From contig JBFGJG010000011.1 in NCBI GenBank assembly GCA_041577295.1, forward strand, positions 1 through 64,000: 64,000 nt of DNA, read 5' to 3'. Positions 1-9,859 of the stretch are shown one piece after another. The position numbers and the translations under genes are program-made. The notes below the pieces were generated by a model. That model was not told the DNA's origin and made no database searches. It saw only the letters and a list, made by a program, of their open reading frames with translations. The stretch comes from Gemmatimonadales bacterium. GTDB taxonomy: Bacteria; Gemmatimonadota; Gemmatimonadetes; Gemmatimonadales; GWC2-71-9. Numbering within the stretch: position 1 is the first letter of the stretch; each line of letters opens with the position of its first letter.

Positions 1-967
1 CCGCCCGTATCAGCTCCAGCCCGGCGAACGCCGCGACGAGCATGAACAGGGTGGATTGCGGCCGGTGGAAGTTTGTGAGCAGGGCGCCCACTACCTTGAA
101 TTCGTAGGGCGGATAAATGAATAGCTCGGTCCACCCGGTACCCGGGTGCAGTTGGCCGGTCGCCCCGACGGTCTCCAGCACACGAACGGTGGTGGTGCCC
201 ACAGCCCACACGGTCCGGCTGGTAGCACGCGCCCGGTCGATGGTGTCGGCCGTCTCAGGCGGCATCGTGTACTGCTCCGCCAACATGTGGTGTTTGGAGA
301 CATCCTCTGATTCGACCGGCTTGAACGTACCGGGGCCAACGTGGAGGCTGACATCGGTGATCAGCACACCGCGGCGTTCGAGGGCTGCGAGAATCTCGCG
401 AGTGAAGTGAAGTCCCGCGGTGGGCGCCGCGATGCTCCCATCCTCCTTCGCGAACACGGTCTGATAACGTTCGCGGTCGGCGGGCTCGGGTGCTCGGTGA
501 ATGTATGGCGGGAGAGGAACCTCGCCGTATTTGCCCATGATGTCTTCCGGTGACATCGTCCCGGACCAGCGGAGTCGACGTAGGCCGCCCCGCAAAACCT
601 CGACGATCTCGACTTCCGCATCGTTCCCGAACCGGATACGGCGGCCGACCTTCAACTTGCCCCCTGGGTGTACCAATGCCAGCCACGTACCGTCGGCCTC
701 GGGGTGCGCGAGCAGCACTTCGGCCGTCGCGCCGTTCTCTCGCACGCCGTGCAGTCTCGCCCGGATCACCCGGCTGACGTTGCGGACGAGCACGTCGCCA
801 GGGGCGAGCAGCTCGGGAACGTGCGTGAACGTCTCGTGGCGGATCGAGCCAGTCGAGCGGTCGACGATCAGTAACCGGCTCGCAGCGCGATCCGGGAGGG
901 GGTATTGTGCGACGAGCTCCGGCGGGTACTGGAAGTCGAAATCGCGGAGGCGATACTCGCTACCCAC
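1..967 (-). CDS. queA: S-adenosylmethionine:tRNA ribosyltransferase-isomerase (3' end runs off the window)
   Basis: Translated by hand. GTG at 967 gives [33 protein letters not shown]; downstream motifs [11 protein letters not shown] and [12 protein letters not shown]. Start overlaps the ruvB stop. Confidence 0.95.
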   Translation of the reverse strand, partial: MGSEYRLRDFDFQYPPELVAQYPLPDRAASRLLIVDRSTGSIRHETFTHVPELLAPGDVLVRNVSRVIRARLHGVRENGATAEVLLAHPEADGTWLALVHPGGKLKVGRRIRFGNDAEVEIVEVLRGGLRRLRWSGTMSPEDIMGKYGEVPLPPYIHRAPEPADRERYQTVFAKEDGSIAAPTAGLHFTREILAALERRGVLITDVSLHVGPGTFKPVESEDVSKHHMLAEQYTMPPETADTIDRARATSRTVWAVGTTTVRVLETVGATGQLHPGTGWTELFIYPPYEFKVVGALLTNFHRPQSTLFMLVAAFAGLELIRA

Positions 968-2009
968 TCGGGTTGTCTTCAAAAATCGAGCGCTGGGAGG
1001 CGTTGTCGACACGAGGGACGGCGTAGCCGAAGTGCTTGTACGCCGTTGAGCTTGCGACCCGGCCGCGGGGTGTCCGCTGCAGGAATCCCTGCTGTATGAG
1101 GAACGGCTCGTAGACCTCCTCGATGGTTTCGGCGTCTTCGCCCACCGCAACCGCGATCGTATTGAGGCCAACCGGACCGCCATCGAACTTTTCAATGATC
1201 GCCTTGAGGATCCGGGCATCCATGTCGTCGAGTCCGTACTCATCCACGTTGAGGCGTGCGAGCGCCGCCTCGGCGACGCTTTTGGTGATGGTGCCGTCTG
1301 CCCGCACCTGCGCATAGTCTCGCACGCGCCGCAGCAGTCGGTTGGCAACGCGTGGTGTCCCACGACTCCTCCGTGCGATCTCGAGGGCGCCGTCCGGTTC
1401 GATGCCCACCGACAAAATCGTGGCGGACCGGATGACGATCCGCTGCAGGTCTTCCGTGGGGTAGTAGCCGAGGCGCTCGACGAGTCCAAATCGTGCCCGC
1501 ATTGGGGGCGTGAGCAGGCCGTACCGGGTGGATGCTCCGATCAGCGTGAACGGCTCGATGCCCATCGGGATGGTCTGCGCGTTGGGACCGTCGGCGATGC
1601 GAACGTCCACCCGATAGTCTTCCATTGCCGGGTAGAGAAACTCTTCGAGCACCGGTCGAAGCCGGTGCACCTCGTCGATAAACAGCACATCGCCGTGCTG
1701 AAGTCCGGTGAGCATGCCTACGAGATCACCCGGCCGTTCCAACACGGGGCCGCTCGACGTGCGGATGCCCACCCCCATCTCACGGGCGACTAGCATCGCC
1801 AGCGTGGTTTTCCCCAGGCCAGGGGGGCCGAACAGCAAAATGTGATCGAGTGGCTCACCGCGAGCCCGCGCTGCATCGATCGCGATCTGCATGCTCTCCT
1901 TCACGCGTGCCTGCCCCACGAACTCGTCGAGGCGAGACGGGCGCAGCGACGCTTCCGACGCAGAATCGTCCGGCAGCGCGTCCGGGGTCGTGATCTCGGG
2001 ACGAGTCAT
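960..2009 (-). CDS. ruvB: Holliday junction branch migration ATPase RuvB
   Basis: [12 protein letters not shown], Walker [57 protein letters not shown] at 2009 chosen. Confidence 0.97.
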   Translation of the reverse strand: MTRPEITTPDALPDDSASEASLRPSRLDEFVGQARVKESMQIAIDAARARGEPLDHILLFGPPGLGKTTLAMLVAREMGVGIRTSSGPVLERPGDLVGMLTGLQHGDVLFIDEVHRLRPVLEEFLYPAMEDYRVDVRIADGPNAQTIPMGIEPFTLIGASTRYGLLTPPMRARFGLVERLGYYPTEDLQRIVIRSATILSVGIEPDGALEIARRSRGTPRVANRLLRRVRDYAQVRADGTITKSVAEAALARLNVDEYGLDDMDARILKAIIEKFDGGPVGLNTIAVAVGEDAETIEEVYEPFLIQQGFLQRTPRGRVASSTAYKHFGYAVPRVDNASQRSIFEDNPSG

Positions 2010-2170
2010 CGCTTTGCAGTCGCTTTCCATCGGACTGGCCGTTCGTCTTCGGTAATCTGATGTCGCGCACGACACGTGACGCAGCGGTCATCAGCTACGC
2101 TGGCGTCGTCCGCAACCAGCTTCCGGTTGGTCGCGCCGCACTTTGTGCAATTCCACTCGGCCGTTTTCAT
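2006..2170 (-). CDS. Small zinc-ribbon protein, 54 aa (not in ORF track)
   Basis: [54 protein letters not shown]; two CxxC pairs. ATGA overlaps with both the ruvA stop and the ruvB start. Confidence 0.8.
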   Translation of the reverse strand: MKTAEWNCTKCGATNRKLVADDASVADDRCVTCRARHQITEDERPVRWKATAKR

Positions 2171-2757
2171 CGTGTCTTCGTTAAGAGTTGCAGCGCTGCC
2201 CGGATCAGGTCAACGGGTTGGCGCGATCCGTCGACCGAAAGGGCTTCGCGGACGGCACGGTCGGCCTCCGCCGCCCCGTACCCGAGGTTGACGAGCGCCT
2301 GTACGGCCTGCTCGGCAGGTTCGACCGGGGCACCCGCCTCCTCGCCGGCAACGTCACGCAGCCTGTCCCGCAACTCGACCACGATCCGCTCAGCCGTCTT
2401 CTTTCCGACCCCCGGCACCGTACAGAGGGCAGCAAGGTCGCCATCGCGGATCACTCGCGCGAGCCGTGGCCCACCAAGGGTCGAAAGCAGTGCGAGCGCC
2501 AACCGGGGGCCCACGCCCGTCGCCCCGAGCAAACGCTGAAAGATTGTACGCTCCTGCCGCTCATCGAATCCAAACAACAGCCACGCGTCATCACGGACCA
2601 CCAACACCGTCTGCAGCTTCACCTCGTTGCCGTCTGGTGGGAGACGTTCGAGCACGCCGAGCGGCACCGCGAGCTCGTAACTCACGCCGCCCGTGGTGGC
2701 CACCACGACGCGATCTCCCGATTTGGTGAGCAGGGTACCCCGGATGCCCGCGATCAC
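2167..2757 (-). CDS. ruvA: Holliday junction branch migration protein RuvA
   Basis: MIAGIRGTL, GVGPRLALALLS, VPGVGKKTAERIVVELRD, ALVNLGY; located between ruvC and ruvB. Confidence 0.96.
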   Translation of the reverse strand: MIAGIRGTLLTKSGDRVVVATTGGVSYELAVPLGVLERLPPDGNEVKLQTVLVVRDDAWLLFGFDERQERTIFQRLLGATGVGPRLALALLSTLGGPRLARVIRDGDLAALCTVPGVGKKTAERIVVELRDRLRDVAGEEAGAPVEPAEQAVQALVNLGYGAAEADRAVREALSVDGSRQPVDLIRAALQLLTKTR

Positions 2758-3254
2758 ACGACGACCCGCTGGTTGAGCAAGTAAGTGAGGGCGATCGCGA
2801 CACCGTCGGCGGCGTCACTGGGCGCGGGTGCCCGTTCGAGATGAAGGATTTGGCGGACCATATAGGCAACCTGAGGCTTGGTCGCCGCCCCGACACCGGT
2901 CACGCTCTTCTTGACGAACGCCGGGGGAAACTCCGCGATCTCTACTCCGGCCTGCGCAGCCGCGAGCAGGATGACGCCACGCGCGTGCCCGAGCGTGACC
3001 GTGGTCCGCACGTTCTTACCGTAGAACACGTTTTCCAACGCGACCACGGTTGGCCGGTGACGTTCGATCAGCTCGCCCACACCGCTGTAGATCTCTTCCA
3101 GTCGTTCCCAGATTTTCTTTCGCGGGCTCGTGCGGATCACGCCGCACTCGAGAAGTCTGCTCCGGCCGTCCGCACGTACCACCACACCGTAGCCCGTGGT
3201 TGATGCGCCGGGGTCGATCCCGAGGACGCGCTGCTCAGCCGCTGACCGCCGCAA
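2754..3254 (-). CDS. ruvC: Crossover junction endodeoxyribonuclease RuvC (start approximate, TTG)
   Basis: VLGIDPGASTTGYG, VALENVFY, LGHARGV, VKKSVTGVGAATKPQV, DAADGVAIA in the C-terminal half of track ORF 2754..3623. Confidence 0.93.
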   Translation of the reverse strand: MRRSAAEQRVLGIDPGASTTGYGVVVRADGRSRLLECGVIRTSPRKKIWERLEEIYSGVGELIERHRPTVVALENVFYGKNVRTTVTLGHARGVILLAAAQAGVEIAEFPPAFVKKSVTGVGAATKPQVAYMVRQILHLERAPAPSDAADGVAIALTYLLNQRVVV

Positions 3255-3984
3255 GCGTGTCCGCGTCGATGTCGAAGTTGCTGAAGACCTTGGAGACGTC
3301 GTCGTGTTCTTCCAGCGCCTCGGCGAGTTTGAGCAACTGCTCTGCATCCTTTCCCTCGACCCGCACGTAACTCTTGGGCACCATAGCAATCTCAGCATCC
3401 TCCACATGGATGCCGCGTGCCAACAGGGCATCTCGCACGGCATGGAGCTCGGTGTGCTGCGTCGCGATGATGTGCAGGTCCCCATCACGGACGATGTCCT
3501 CGGCACCGGCGTCGGCTGCCGCCTCCATCGCGACATCGTCCGCGTACCGGCCCGCATCCAGATAGATCTGCCCCTTCTTCTCGAACATCCACGCGACGGA
3601 ATTGGGCGCCCCGAGGTTGCCACCCTGCTTGGAGAAGATATGGCGGATCTCCGCCACGGTCCGGTTCAGATTGTCGCTCGTGACCTCGATCAAGATCGCC
3701 GCACCACCCGGTCCGTACCCCTCGTAGGTCGCTTCCTCATAATTGACCCCCTCCAGCTCACCGGTCCCCTTCTTGATCGCGCGCTCGATGTTATCAAACG
3801 GCATGTTCGCCGCCTTCGCCGCGTCGATCGCCGTGCGCAGGCGCGCGTTCCCCGCAGGGTCCCCACCCCCGTGGCGGGCGGCAACCGTGATCTCCTTGAT
3901 GAGTTTGGTGAACTTGGCCCCGCGCTTCGCGTCCGCGGCTGCCTTCTTGTGCTTGATCTGTTTCCACTTGCTGTGACCCGCCAT
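3235..3984 (-). CDS. yebC: YebC/PmpR family protein
   Basis: MAGHSKWKQIKHKK, YEGYGPGG, TSDNLNRT, LEEHDDV; classic yebC-ruvCAB synteny. Confidence 0.96.
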   Translation of the reverse strand: MAGHSKWKQIKHKKAAADAKRGAKFTKLIKEITVAARHGGGDPAGNARLRTAIDAAKAANMPFDNIERAIKKGTGELEGVNYEEATYEGYGPGGAAILIEVTSDNLNRTVAEIRHIFSKQGGNLGAPNSVAWMFEKKGQIYLDAGRYADDVAMEAAADAGAEDIVRDGDLHIIATQHTELHAVRDALLARGIHVEDAEIAMVPKSYVRVEGKDAEQLLKLAEALEEHDDVSKVFSNFDIDADTLAAVSG

Positions 3985-4153
3985 CGATCCTCCAACTACC
4001 GCGTCCCGGTGAATCTGCGAATCTGTCGGTCCCGCACTCCGTCAAAAATATAGACCCCTCTTGCGTCCGGAGAAAACGCGGTGTACGGCATTGCGGGAGC
4101 AGCGCAATAAACGGGTTGCTCCCAAACACCCGTCCTCGCACCTTGTTGCGCTC

Positions 4154-5053
4154 ATGGCGCTCAGTGGCAAGACGCTCGTCGCGTATCTCACGGTTTGCAT
4201 CGTGTGGGGATCGACCTACCTCGCCATTCGTGTGGGCGTCCAGCATCTCCCCCCGGCGACGTTTGGCGGCATGCGGTTCGTGACGGCGGGGGGCCTCATG
4301 CTCGGCGGCGCCCTGGCGCTCGGTCGTTCGCTCCCACGCAAGGGCTCGGACTGGCGCGACAGTGCGGTCGTGGGAGTGTTGCTGCTCACCGTCGCCAATG
4401 GGCTCGTCATCTGGGCCGAGCGTTTGGTCGAATCCGGTCCGGCCGCGATCTTCGTCGTGACCGTGGCGCTGTGGATGGCGGTCTTCGATGCGATCATCCC
4501 CGGGAGTGCGGCCAAACCGACCTGGCGCCAGTTCGTTGGGTTGTTGGTGGGATTCGGTGGCACGCTATTGCTGGTTGGGGGCGATTTGGAAGAGCTCCGG
4601 CGAGCGGACTGGCGAGGACCGCTAGCGCTCATTGGAGCGTCGGCATCGTGGGCGTTGGGTTCCATCTACGCCAAGCGACGGCCGGTGTCAGCCGGTCCCT
4701 ACGTGAGTGCCGCATTACAGATGCTGGCCGGTGGGGTCGGACTGTTGCTGATTGGCGCGACGACGCGGGAGTTCTCGGCCGTTCAGTTCTCCGCCCCAGG
4801 TTTGCTCGCGGTGGCCTATCTCATCGTCTTTGGCTCGATAATCGGCTATACGAGCTTCGTGTATCTTCTCGCGCATGCATCACCGACGGTCGCTGGCACC
4901 TACGCGTACGTCAACCCGTTCGTGGCGGTGTTTTTGGGGTGGGCGATCCTGGGTGAGCATGTCACGGTGCGAACCTTCCTCGCGCTCGCCATCGTCTTGG
5001 GCTCGGTGGTGTGGGTGCAGAAGCACGGGACTACAATTGGCCGTAAGCGGTGA
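4154..5053 (+). CDS. EamA/DMT family transporter (YedA-like)
   Basis: IVWGSTYLAIR, GTYAYVNPFVAVFLG, about 10 hydrophobic segments. Confidence 0.9.
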   Translation: MALSGKTLVAYLTVCIVWGSTYLAIRVGVQHLPPATFGGMRFVTAGGLMLGGALALGRSLPRKGSDWRDSAVVGVLLLTVANGLVIWAERLVESGPAAIFVVTVALWMAVFDAIIPGSAAKPTWRQFVGLLVGFGGTLLLVGGDLEELRRADWRGPLALIGASASWALGSIYAKRRPVSAGPYVSAALQMLAGGVGLLLIGATTREFSAVQFSAPGLLAVAYLIVFGSIIGYTSFVYLLAHASPTVAGTYAYVNPFVAVFLGWAILGEHVTVRTFLALAIVLGSVVWVQKHGTTIGRKR

Positions 5054-5085
5054 GGGGTGGTTGGGCCTGTTGACTGCTCCACTGC

Positions 5086-5934
5086 TCACTGTATTTCCGG
5101 GTCCAACATGTCCTCGAAGCGGAGCCAATTCTCGTAGAAGTAGAGGTCGACGAAACCGGTGGGACCGTTGCGGTTCTTGGCGATGATGAGCTCAGCCGCG
5201 CCCGCGACGCCACCGCCGGGGCGGTACATCTCCTCGCGGTAGAGGTTGAGCACCACATCCGCGTGTTGCTTGACGGCGCCGAGCATACCGAAATCATCGA
5301 GGTTTGGACGTGGGTCGGCGCGCGACGCGTCGAAGCGAGGCAGTTGTGACACGATGAGGCAGGCCACGTGCCGCTCGAGCGCGATGGCTTTGAGTGTGCG
5401 CACCGCTCTCGCGGAGCTCTCTTCCTGTGTCAGGTGTGGACTCGGTGGCGGGAGGAGTTGGAGGTAGTCCACTACCACGAGCGACGGATCGCTGTCCCAG
5501 GCGGCGTTGAGTGCCGGCTCGAGCTGATCTCCTGTTACGGGCCGGATGACGAGTGGGAGATCGCGCGTCCTGAGCGCGGCCGCACCGAGCGCTGCGCGGG
5601 TGGCCTCGTGCAGCTTGGCCGAGCGGATGTCATCGATCGCCGCTCGCGCCTGCAGCGCTAGTGCGCGTTCCACCAACCGATCTTCATCCATCTCGCCGGA
5701 GAGGAACGCCACGGTGTGGCCAGACGCTGCGGTGCGCAGTGCGAGGCCCAGGGCGAGGGCCGACTTGCCCGAACCCACATCGCCCCCCAACACGATGAGA
5801 TCCCGTTGTCGGAATCCGCCGCCGAGGGCTTTGTCGAGCGACGGGAAGCCCGAGGGGACCGTATCGGGTCCGGTTGATCCCGGAATACGGCGATCGACTT
5901 CATCGACCAGGTTGGTCAGTGAATCTCGTTTCAC
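5086..5934 (-). CDS. DnaB-like helicase C-terminal (RecA-fold) domain protein lacking the N-terminal domain
   Basis: VPSGFPSLDKALGGG, Walker A GGDVGSGKS, SGEM, VVVDYLQLL, SQLPR, ADVV, AELIIAKNRNGPTG. GTG start overlaps the upstream gene's TGA. Confidence 0.85.
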   Translation of the reverse strand: MKRDSLTNLVDEVDRRIPGSTGPDTVPSGFPSLDKALGGGFRQRDLIVLGGDVGSGKSALALGLALRTAASGHTVAFLSGEMDEDRLVERALALQARAAIDDIRSAKLHEATRAALGAAALRTRDLPLVIRPVTGDQLEPALNAAWDSDPSLVVVDYLQLLPPPSPHLTQEESSARAVRTLKAIALERHVACLIVSQLPRFDASRADPRPNLDDFGMLGAVKQHADVVLNLYREEMYRPGGGVAGAAELIIAKNRNGPTGFVDLYFYENWLRFEDMLDPEIQ

Positions 5935-6341
5935 GATGAGGCTTCCATCTCGCGAGCGGCTTTCTGCGCGGCCCGGGCCATGGTGGTGAGGAGGGCGGCG
6001 ATGGATCCGCCCACCGCGTCCTGCGTCGGGACGACCAAGTGCTGCAGGACGAGTGCAGGCGTGACGGAGCTTGGCGTGCGGAGCTCCCGGAGGCAGCCCG
6101 GGACGGCTCGTCGTAGCGGAGCCGGGAGGGAGAGGCTGCTCAGGCGCCGCTCGAGGTAGTCGACCCGTTGGAGGTGCACGCGCTCGGAGAGCGGGTCTGG
6201 CGGCAAGAGACCACCGCACGTCCGCATGATCAGCCACAAGGCATACAGGCCATTGCGCTGCGGGCCGCGGGCGGCCTGTGTCATGGCGTCGATCAAGCGA
6301 GCCTCTTGGTCCACGAACAACTCGGGAGACATGGTCGGCAT
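5931..6341 (-). CDS. Hypothetical helical protein (~136 aa) translationally coupled to the DnaB-like gene
   Basis: Protein-like composition; its stop overlaps the downstream start (GTGA). Start uncertain (6341 or 6332). Confidence 0.65.
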   Translation of the reverse strand: MPTMSPELFVDQEARLIDAMTQAARGPQRNGLYALWLIMRTCGGLLPPDPLSERVHLQRVDYLERRLSSLSLPAPLRRAVPGCLRELRTPSSVTPALVLQHLVVPTQDAVGGSIAALLTTMARAAQKAAREMEASS

Positions 6342-6487
6342 ATCGGAAGGCGCCACGGGATCTCGCTGCGAGCCCAAGGAGACGACGCCGAATGTAGTAT
6401 CTGTATTCCACCCCGCCAATCCCAAGATGCATCGCCGGCCGCCATCCCTGCACGGGCAGGTGTCGGGTCGCTAGCTTTGTTCGTACG

Positions 6488-8053
6488 ATGCCACGTCCCA
6501 ACACGGTTCTCTGGGTCGACGACGAAATCGAGTCACTCGACGCCCACGTGCTTTTCCTGCGGGAGCAGGGGTATGAGGTCGAGCTAGCTGCGCACGGTGA
6601 CGACGCCATTGCGCTGCTACGACGCCAACCCTACGGCATTGTGCTGTTGGACGAGCAACTTCCGGGGCGTCGTGGTCTCGAGCTGGTCTCAGAGATTCGA
6701 TCGCTAGATCCCGCAGTGCCGGTCGTGATGGTGACCAAGAGCGAAGAGAACAACATCATGCGGGAGGCGATCGGCATCCAGTTGGAGGACTACCTGGTCA
6801 AGCCGGTCAATCCGCGACAGGTGCTGACGGTGGTGACCAGGCTGTTGGAGGGCGATCGCATCCGGCAGCAGCATCTGGCGCGAGATTTCGTGGTGCGGTT
6901 CCGCGAGTTGGAGCAGCGGCGGACCAATCAACTGGGGTGGCGGGAGTGGATCGAGCTGATTACCGAGCTCGCTCAGTGGGAGGTACGACTCTCATCCGGC
7001 GACGAATCCGGCCTCAAGGATGCGCTGCGGACCCTCCAATCCAGCCTCCATCAGGATTTTGCGGGCTACATTGGGGAGCACTATCCCCGCTGGCTCGCCA
7101 ACCCGGACGCTGACCGCCCTCCTCTCTCCGTCGATGTCTGCAGCGAATTTCTCGTGCCGCTGCTCAAAAGCAATGGCCGGGCACTCTTCGTCGTAGTGGA
7201 TTGCCTGAGGCTCGATCAGTGGGAGCTGCTGAAGCCCCTGATCACGGACTTCTTCGACGTCGAGGAATCCTATTATTACAGCATCTTCCCAACGGCCACT
7301 CCGTTCTCGCGCAACGCGATCTTCAGCGGGTTGTTCCCCGTCGAGATTCAGGCGCGTCATCCGGATTGGTGGGGGGAGAAGGATGACGAGAGCTTGAACG
7401 CCCACGAGTCAGAGCTGCTCGTCGAGCAGCTGGATGAGCTTCTGGGCTCGAGCGTTCCGGTGCGCTACGAGAAGGTCGCCTCGACACCGGAGAGCGAAGC
7501 ATTGCTCAAGCGACTGCCTGCGCATCTCTCCCAGGACGGCGTGACGGCACTGGTGTTCAACTTTGTCGATCAGCTGACTCACGGGCGTGCGGAACACGCC
7601 ATCCTGTACGAAGTTGCCCGCGACGCAGCGGCGCTGCGCAGCCTGACACGCACCTGGTTCGAAGATTCGGCCCTGTTCCGTGCGCTCAAGGAGGCGGAGC
7701 GCCGGCGAGTTCCCGCGATACTCACGACTGATCACGGGTCCATTCTGTGTAACACGCCAGCCACGGTCTTCGCCAAACGCGACGCGACGGCCAACCTCCG
7801 CTACAAGTTTGGCAGCGACCTCCGGGCGGAAAAGCGATCGACGAGTCTCGTCGTCGAGGACTTCCCAGCGTGGGGTTTACCACGCATGCGACTTGGGACG
7901 CGCCTCTTGATGGCGCTCGGTGATCACTTCTTTGTGTATCCCACGAAGCTTCGTGAGTACCAAGCGCGTTATCGAGGATCGTTCCTCCATGGCGGTGTCA
8001 CACCAGAGGAAGTCATCTTGCCGATTGTGCTGTTGACACCGCGCAAGTCGTAG
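6488..8053 (+). CDS. PorX-like response regulator: receiver domain plus PglZ/alkaline-phosphatase-superfamily domain
   Basis: VLWVDDEI, LLDEQLPG, MVTKSEE, YLVKPVNP (receiver); DCLRLDQW, PTATPFSRNAIFSG, NFVDQLTH, TTDHG, FLHGGVTPEE (PglZ). Confidence 0.9.
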   Translation: MPRPNTVLWVDDEIESLDAHVLFLREQGYEVELAAHGDDAIALLRRQPYGIVLLDEQLPGRRGLELVSEIRSLDPAVPVVMVTKSEENNIMREAIGIQLEDYLVKPVNPRQVLTVVTRLLEGDRIRQQHLARDFVVRFRELEQRRTNQLGWREWIELITELAQWEVRLSSGDESGLKDALRTLQSSLHQDFAGYIGEHYPRWLANPDADRPPLSVDVCSEFLVPLLKSNGRALFVVVDCLRLDQWELLKPLITDFFDVEESYYYSIFPTATPFSRNAIFSGLFPVEIQARHPDWWGEKDDESLNAHESELLVEQLDELLGSSVPVRYEKVASTPESEALLKRLPAHLSQDGVTALVFNFVDQLTHGRAEHAILYEVARDAAALRSLTRTWFEDSALFRALKEAERRRVPAILTTDHGSILCNTPATVFAKRDATANLRYKFGSDLRAEKRSTSLVVEDFPAWGLPRMRLGTRLLMALGDHFFVYPTKLREYQARYRGSFLHGGVTPEEVILPIVLLTPRKS

Positions 8054-8056
8054 TTC

Positions 8057-9844
8057 GTGCGCCGTTTTCGGCGGCTTCTCGGTTTTCTCAAACCATACCG
8101 TCTCACGCTGCTGGCGAGCGGTGTGGCGGCATTTGCCGCCGCGGCGCTCGACGGGTTTACGCTGGCCCTCCTCATCCCGTTTCTCCGCCTGCTGTTCGAG
8201 TCCACGACCAGCCTCCCCGACGTTCCAACGGTCGCCGAGAAGCTGCTGGCCATCATCACGGGTGACCTGGTGGATACCGGCGATCGGTTTTCGGCCCTCC
8301 GCAACGTGGTGATTCTCGTGTTGGCAACGATGGCCGTGAAGAACGCTGCGCTCTTCACCGCCGATTATCTGGGAACCGCCATCCGCGAGAGGGTCGCGCG
8401 TGACCTGCGCACCACGCTGCACGGCCACTTGCACGATCTCGGCCTGGGCTACTTCCAGCGAGCCAAGACCGGCCAACTGGTGAGCCGCGCCGTCGCAGAC
8501 GCAGATCAGGCGACCGGCATTGTGAGCTCGGCGCTCGTTGCGACGCTGCAGAACATGGTCCTGCTGGCGGTATACCTCTTCATTCTCATCTCGCTTTCGT
8601 GGCAGCTCTCGCTCCTGACTATCGCGCTGGCGCCGCTCATCGTTCTCGTGCTGCGGCCCATTCTCCTAGGGTTGCGGTCGCGGATTCGCGTGGCGCTGGA
8701 CGATCGCGGGGAGTTGACTGCCGTGATGAGTGAGAGCATTGAGGGCGCTCGGCTGGTCAAGGCACACGCCGCCGAGGGCTACGAGCGCCGTCGCTTTGGC
8801 CAAGCCGCCAATCGTTACCTGCACGGCGTGTTGCGCGCGCGCCGTCTCGCCGCTCTCGCCAGCCCGCTCAGTGAGACGCTCGGTGCTGCGGTCATCTTGT
8901 TGTTGCTCTTGGGATCATGGCGCGCGGGACCCGAAGGGCTCCGGCCCGAGGTCTTTGTCACGTTCGTCGTGATCTCCCTGCGTTTACTGCGTCCGGTGAA
9001 ATTTCTTTCGCAGTTCCCCGCGCTGGCCGAGCACTCGCTTGCAGCAGCGGATCGCGTGTTCGAGATCGTGGACCTCCCGGCTGATGACGTCGATCCCCCT
9101 GGCGCACGGCCGTTCCCCGGGTTCCACCACGCCATCGAGTTTCGCGATGTGTGGTTTGCTTACGAGCCTGGGCGGTGGGTCCTTCAGGGCGTGAACCTAC
9201 GCATTGAGCGCGGTGAGGTCGTGGCCATCGTGGGGCCATCCGGTGCGGGGAAATCCACGCTCGCCGATATGCTGGCGCGGTTTGTGGAGCCGCAACGAGG
9301 AGAGGTCCTCATTGACGGTGTGCCTGTCACGGCCTATGCCCGACGCTCGTTACGGCGGGTGATGGGCATCGTGAGCCAGCACACCGTGATCTTCAACGAC
9401 ACCGTGCGGGCGAACATCGCGTACGGCGAAGAGTCGGGTGCATCCCTGGAGGCGCTACAAGCGGCGGCCCGGGCGGCCAACGCGCACGAGTTCATCAGCC
9501 GCCTCCCGCAGGGCTACGACACGGTGCTGGGCGAACGAGGGATGCGCCTGTCCGGTGGCGAGCGTCAGCGTATCGCCATCGCGCGGGCGTTGCTGCGGGA
9601 CCCACCGATAGTGATCCTCGACGAGGCGACGTCCTCCCTCGATCCGACATCCGAGCGGCTCGTGCAAGAGGCGATTGGTCGGCTGTTGGTGAATCGGACC
9701 GTGCTGGTGATCGCGCACAGGCTCACGACGTTCGCCAAGGCCGATCTGATCGTGGTGCTGGACGGCGGACGGCTCGTCGAGCGCGGAGATCATAACCAGC
9801 TGATTCGAGCGGGCGGGCTCTATCAGAAACTGCAGATGGGATAA
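8057..9844 (+). CDS. ABC exporter, fused permease/ATPase (MsbA-like)
   Basis: N-terminal TM domain; GPSGAGKST, LSGGERQRIAIARA, ILDEATS, IAHRL. Confidence 0.92.
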   Translation: MRRFRRLLGFLKPYRLTLLASGVAAFAAAALDGFTLALLIPFLRLLFESTTSLPDVPTVAEKLLAIITGDLVDTGDRFSALRNVVILVLATMAVKNAALFTADYLGTAIRERVARDLRTTLHGHLHDLGLGYFQRAKTGQLVSRAVADADQATGIVSSALVATLQNMVLLAVYLFILISLSWQLSLLTIALAPLIVLVLRPILLGLRSRIRVALDDRGELTAVMSESIEGARLVKAHAAEGYERRRFGQAANRYLHGVLRARRLAALASPLSETLGAAVILLLLLGSWRAGPEGLRPEVFVTFVVISLRLLRPVKFLSQFPALAEHSLAAADRVFEIVDLPADDVDPPGARPFPGFHHAIEFRDVWFAYEPGRWVLQGVNLRIERGEVVAIVGPSGAGKSTLADMLARFVEPQRGEVLIDGVPVTAYARRSLRRVMGIVSQHTVIFNDTVRANIAYGEESGASLEALQAAARAANAHEFISRLPQGYDTVLGERGMRLSGGERQRIAIARALLRDPPIVILDEATSSLDPTSERLVQEAIGRLLVNRTVLVIAHRLTTFAKADLIVVLDGGRLVERGDHNQLIRAGGLYQKLQMG

Positions 9845-9859
9845 AGGAGGTAGAGCGGG

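Noticed and set aside
2754..6609. Long N-terminal extensions in track ORFs 2754..3623 and 5086..6609 (likewise 20727.., 29086..31326, 62698..)
   Set aside because: The extensions overlap bona fide genes or a riboswitch and lack family motifs. They are open-frame artefacts of high GC, so internal starts were used.
5086..8053. PglZ domain plus ATPase as a BREX/Pgl defence system
   Set aside because: The PglZ domain is fused to a receiver in PorX fashion, and no BrxC, PglX methylase or BrxL is nearby.
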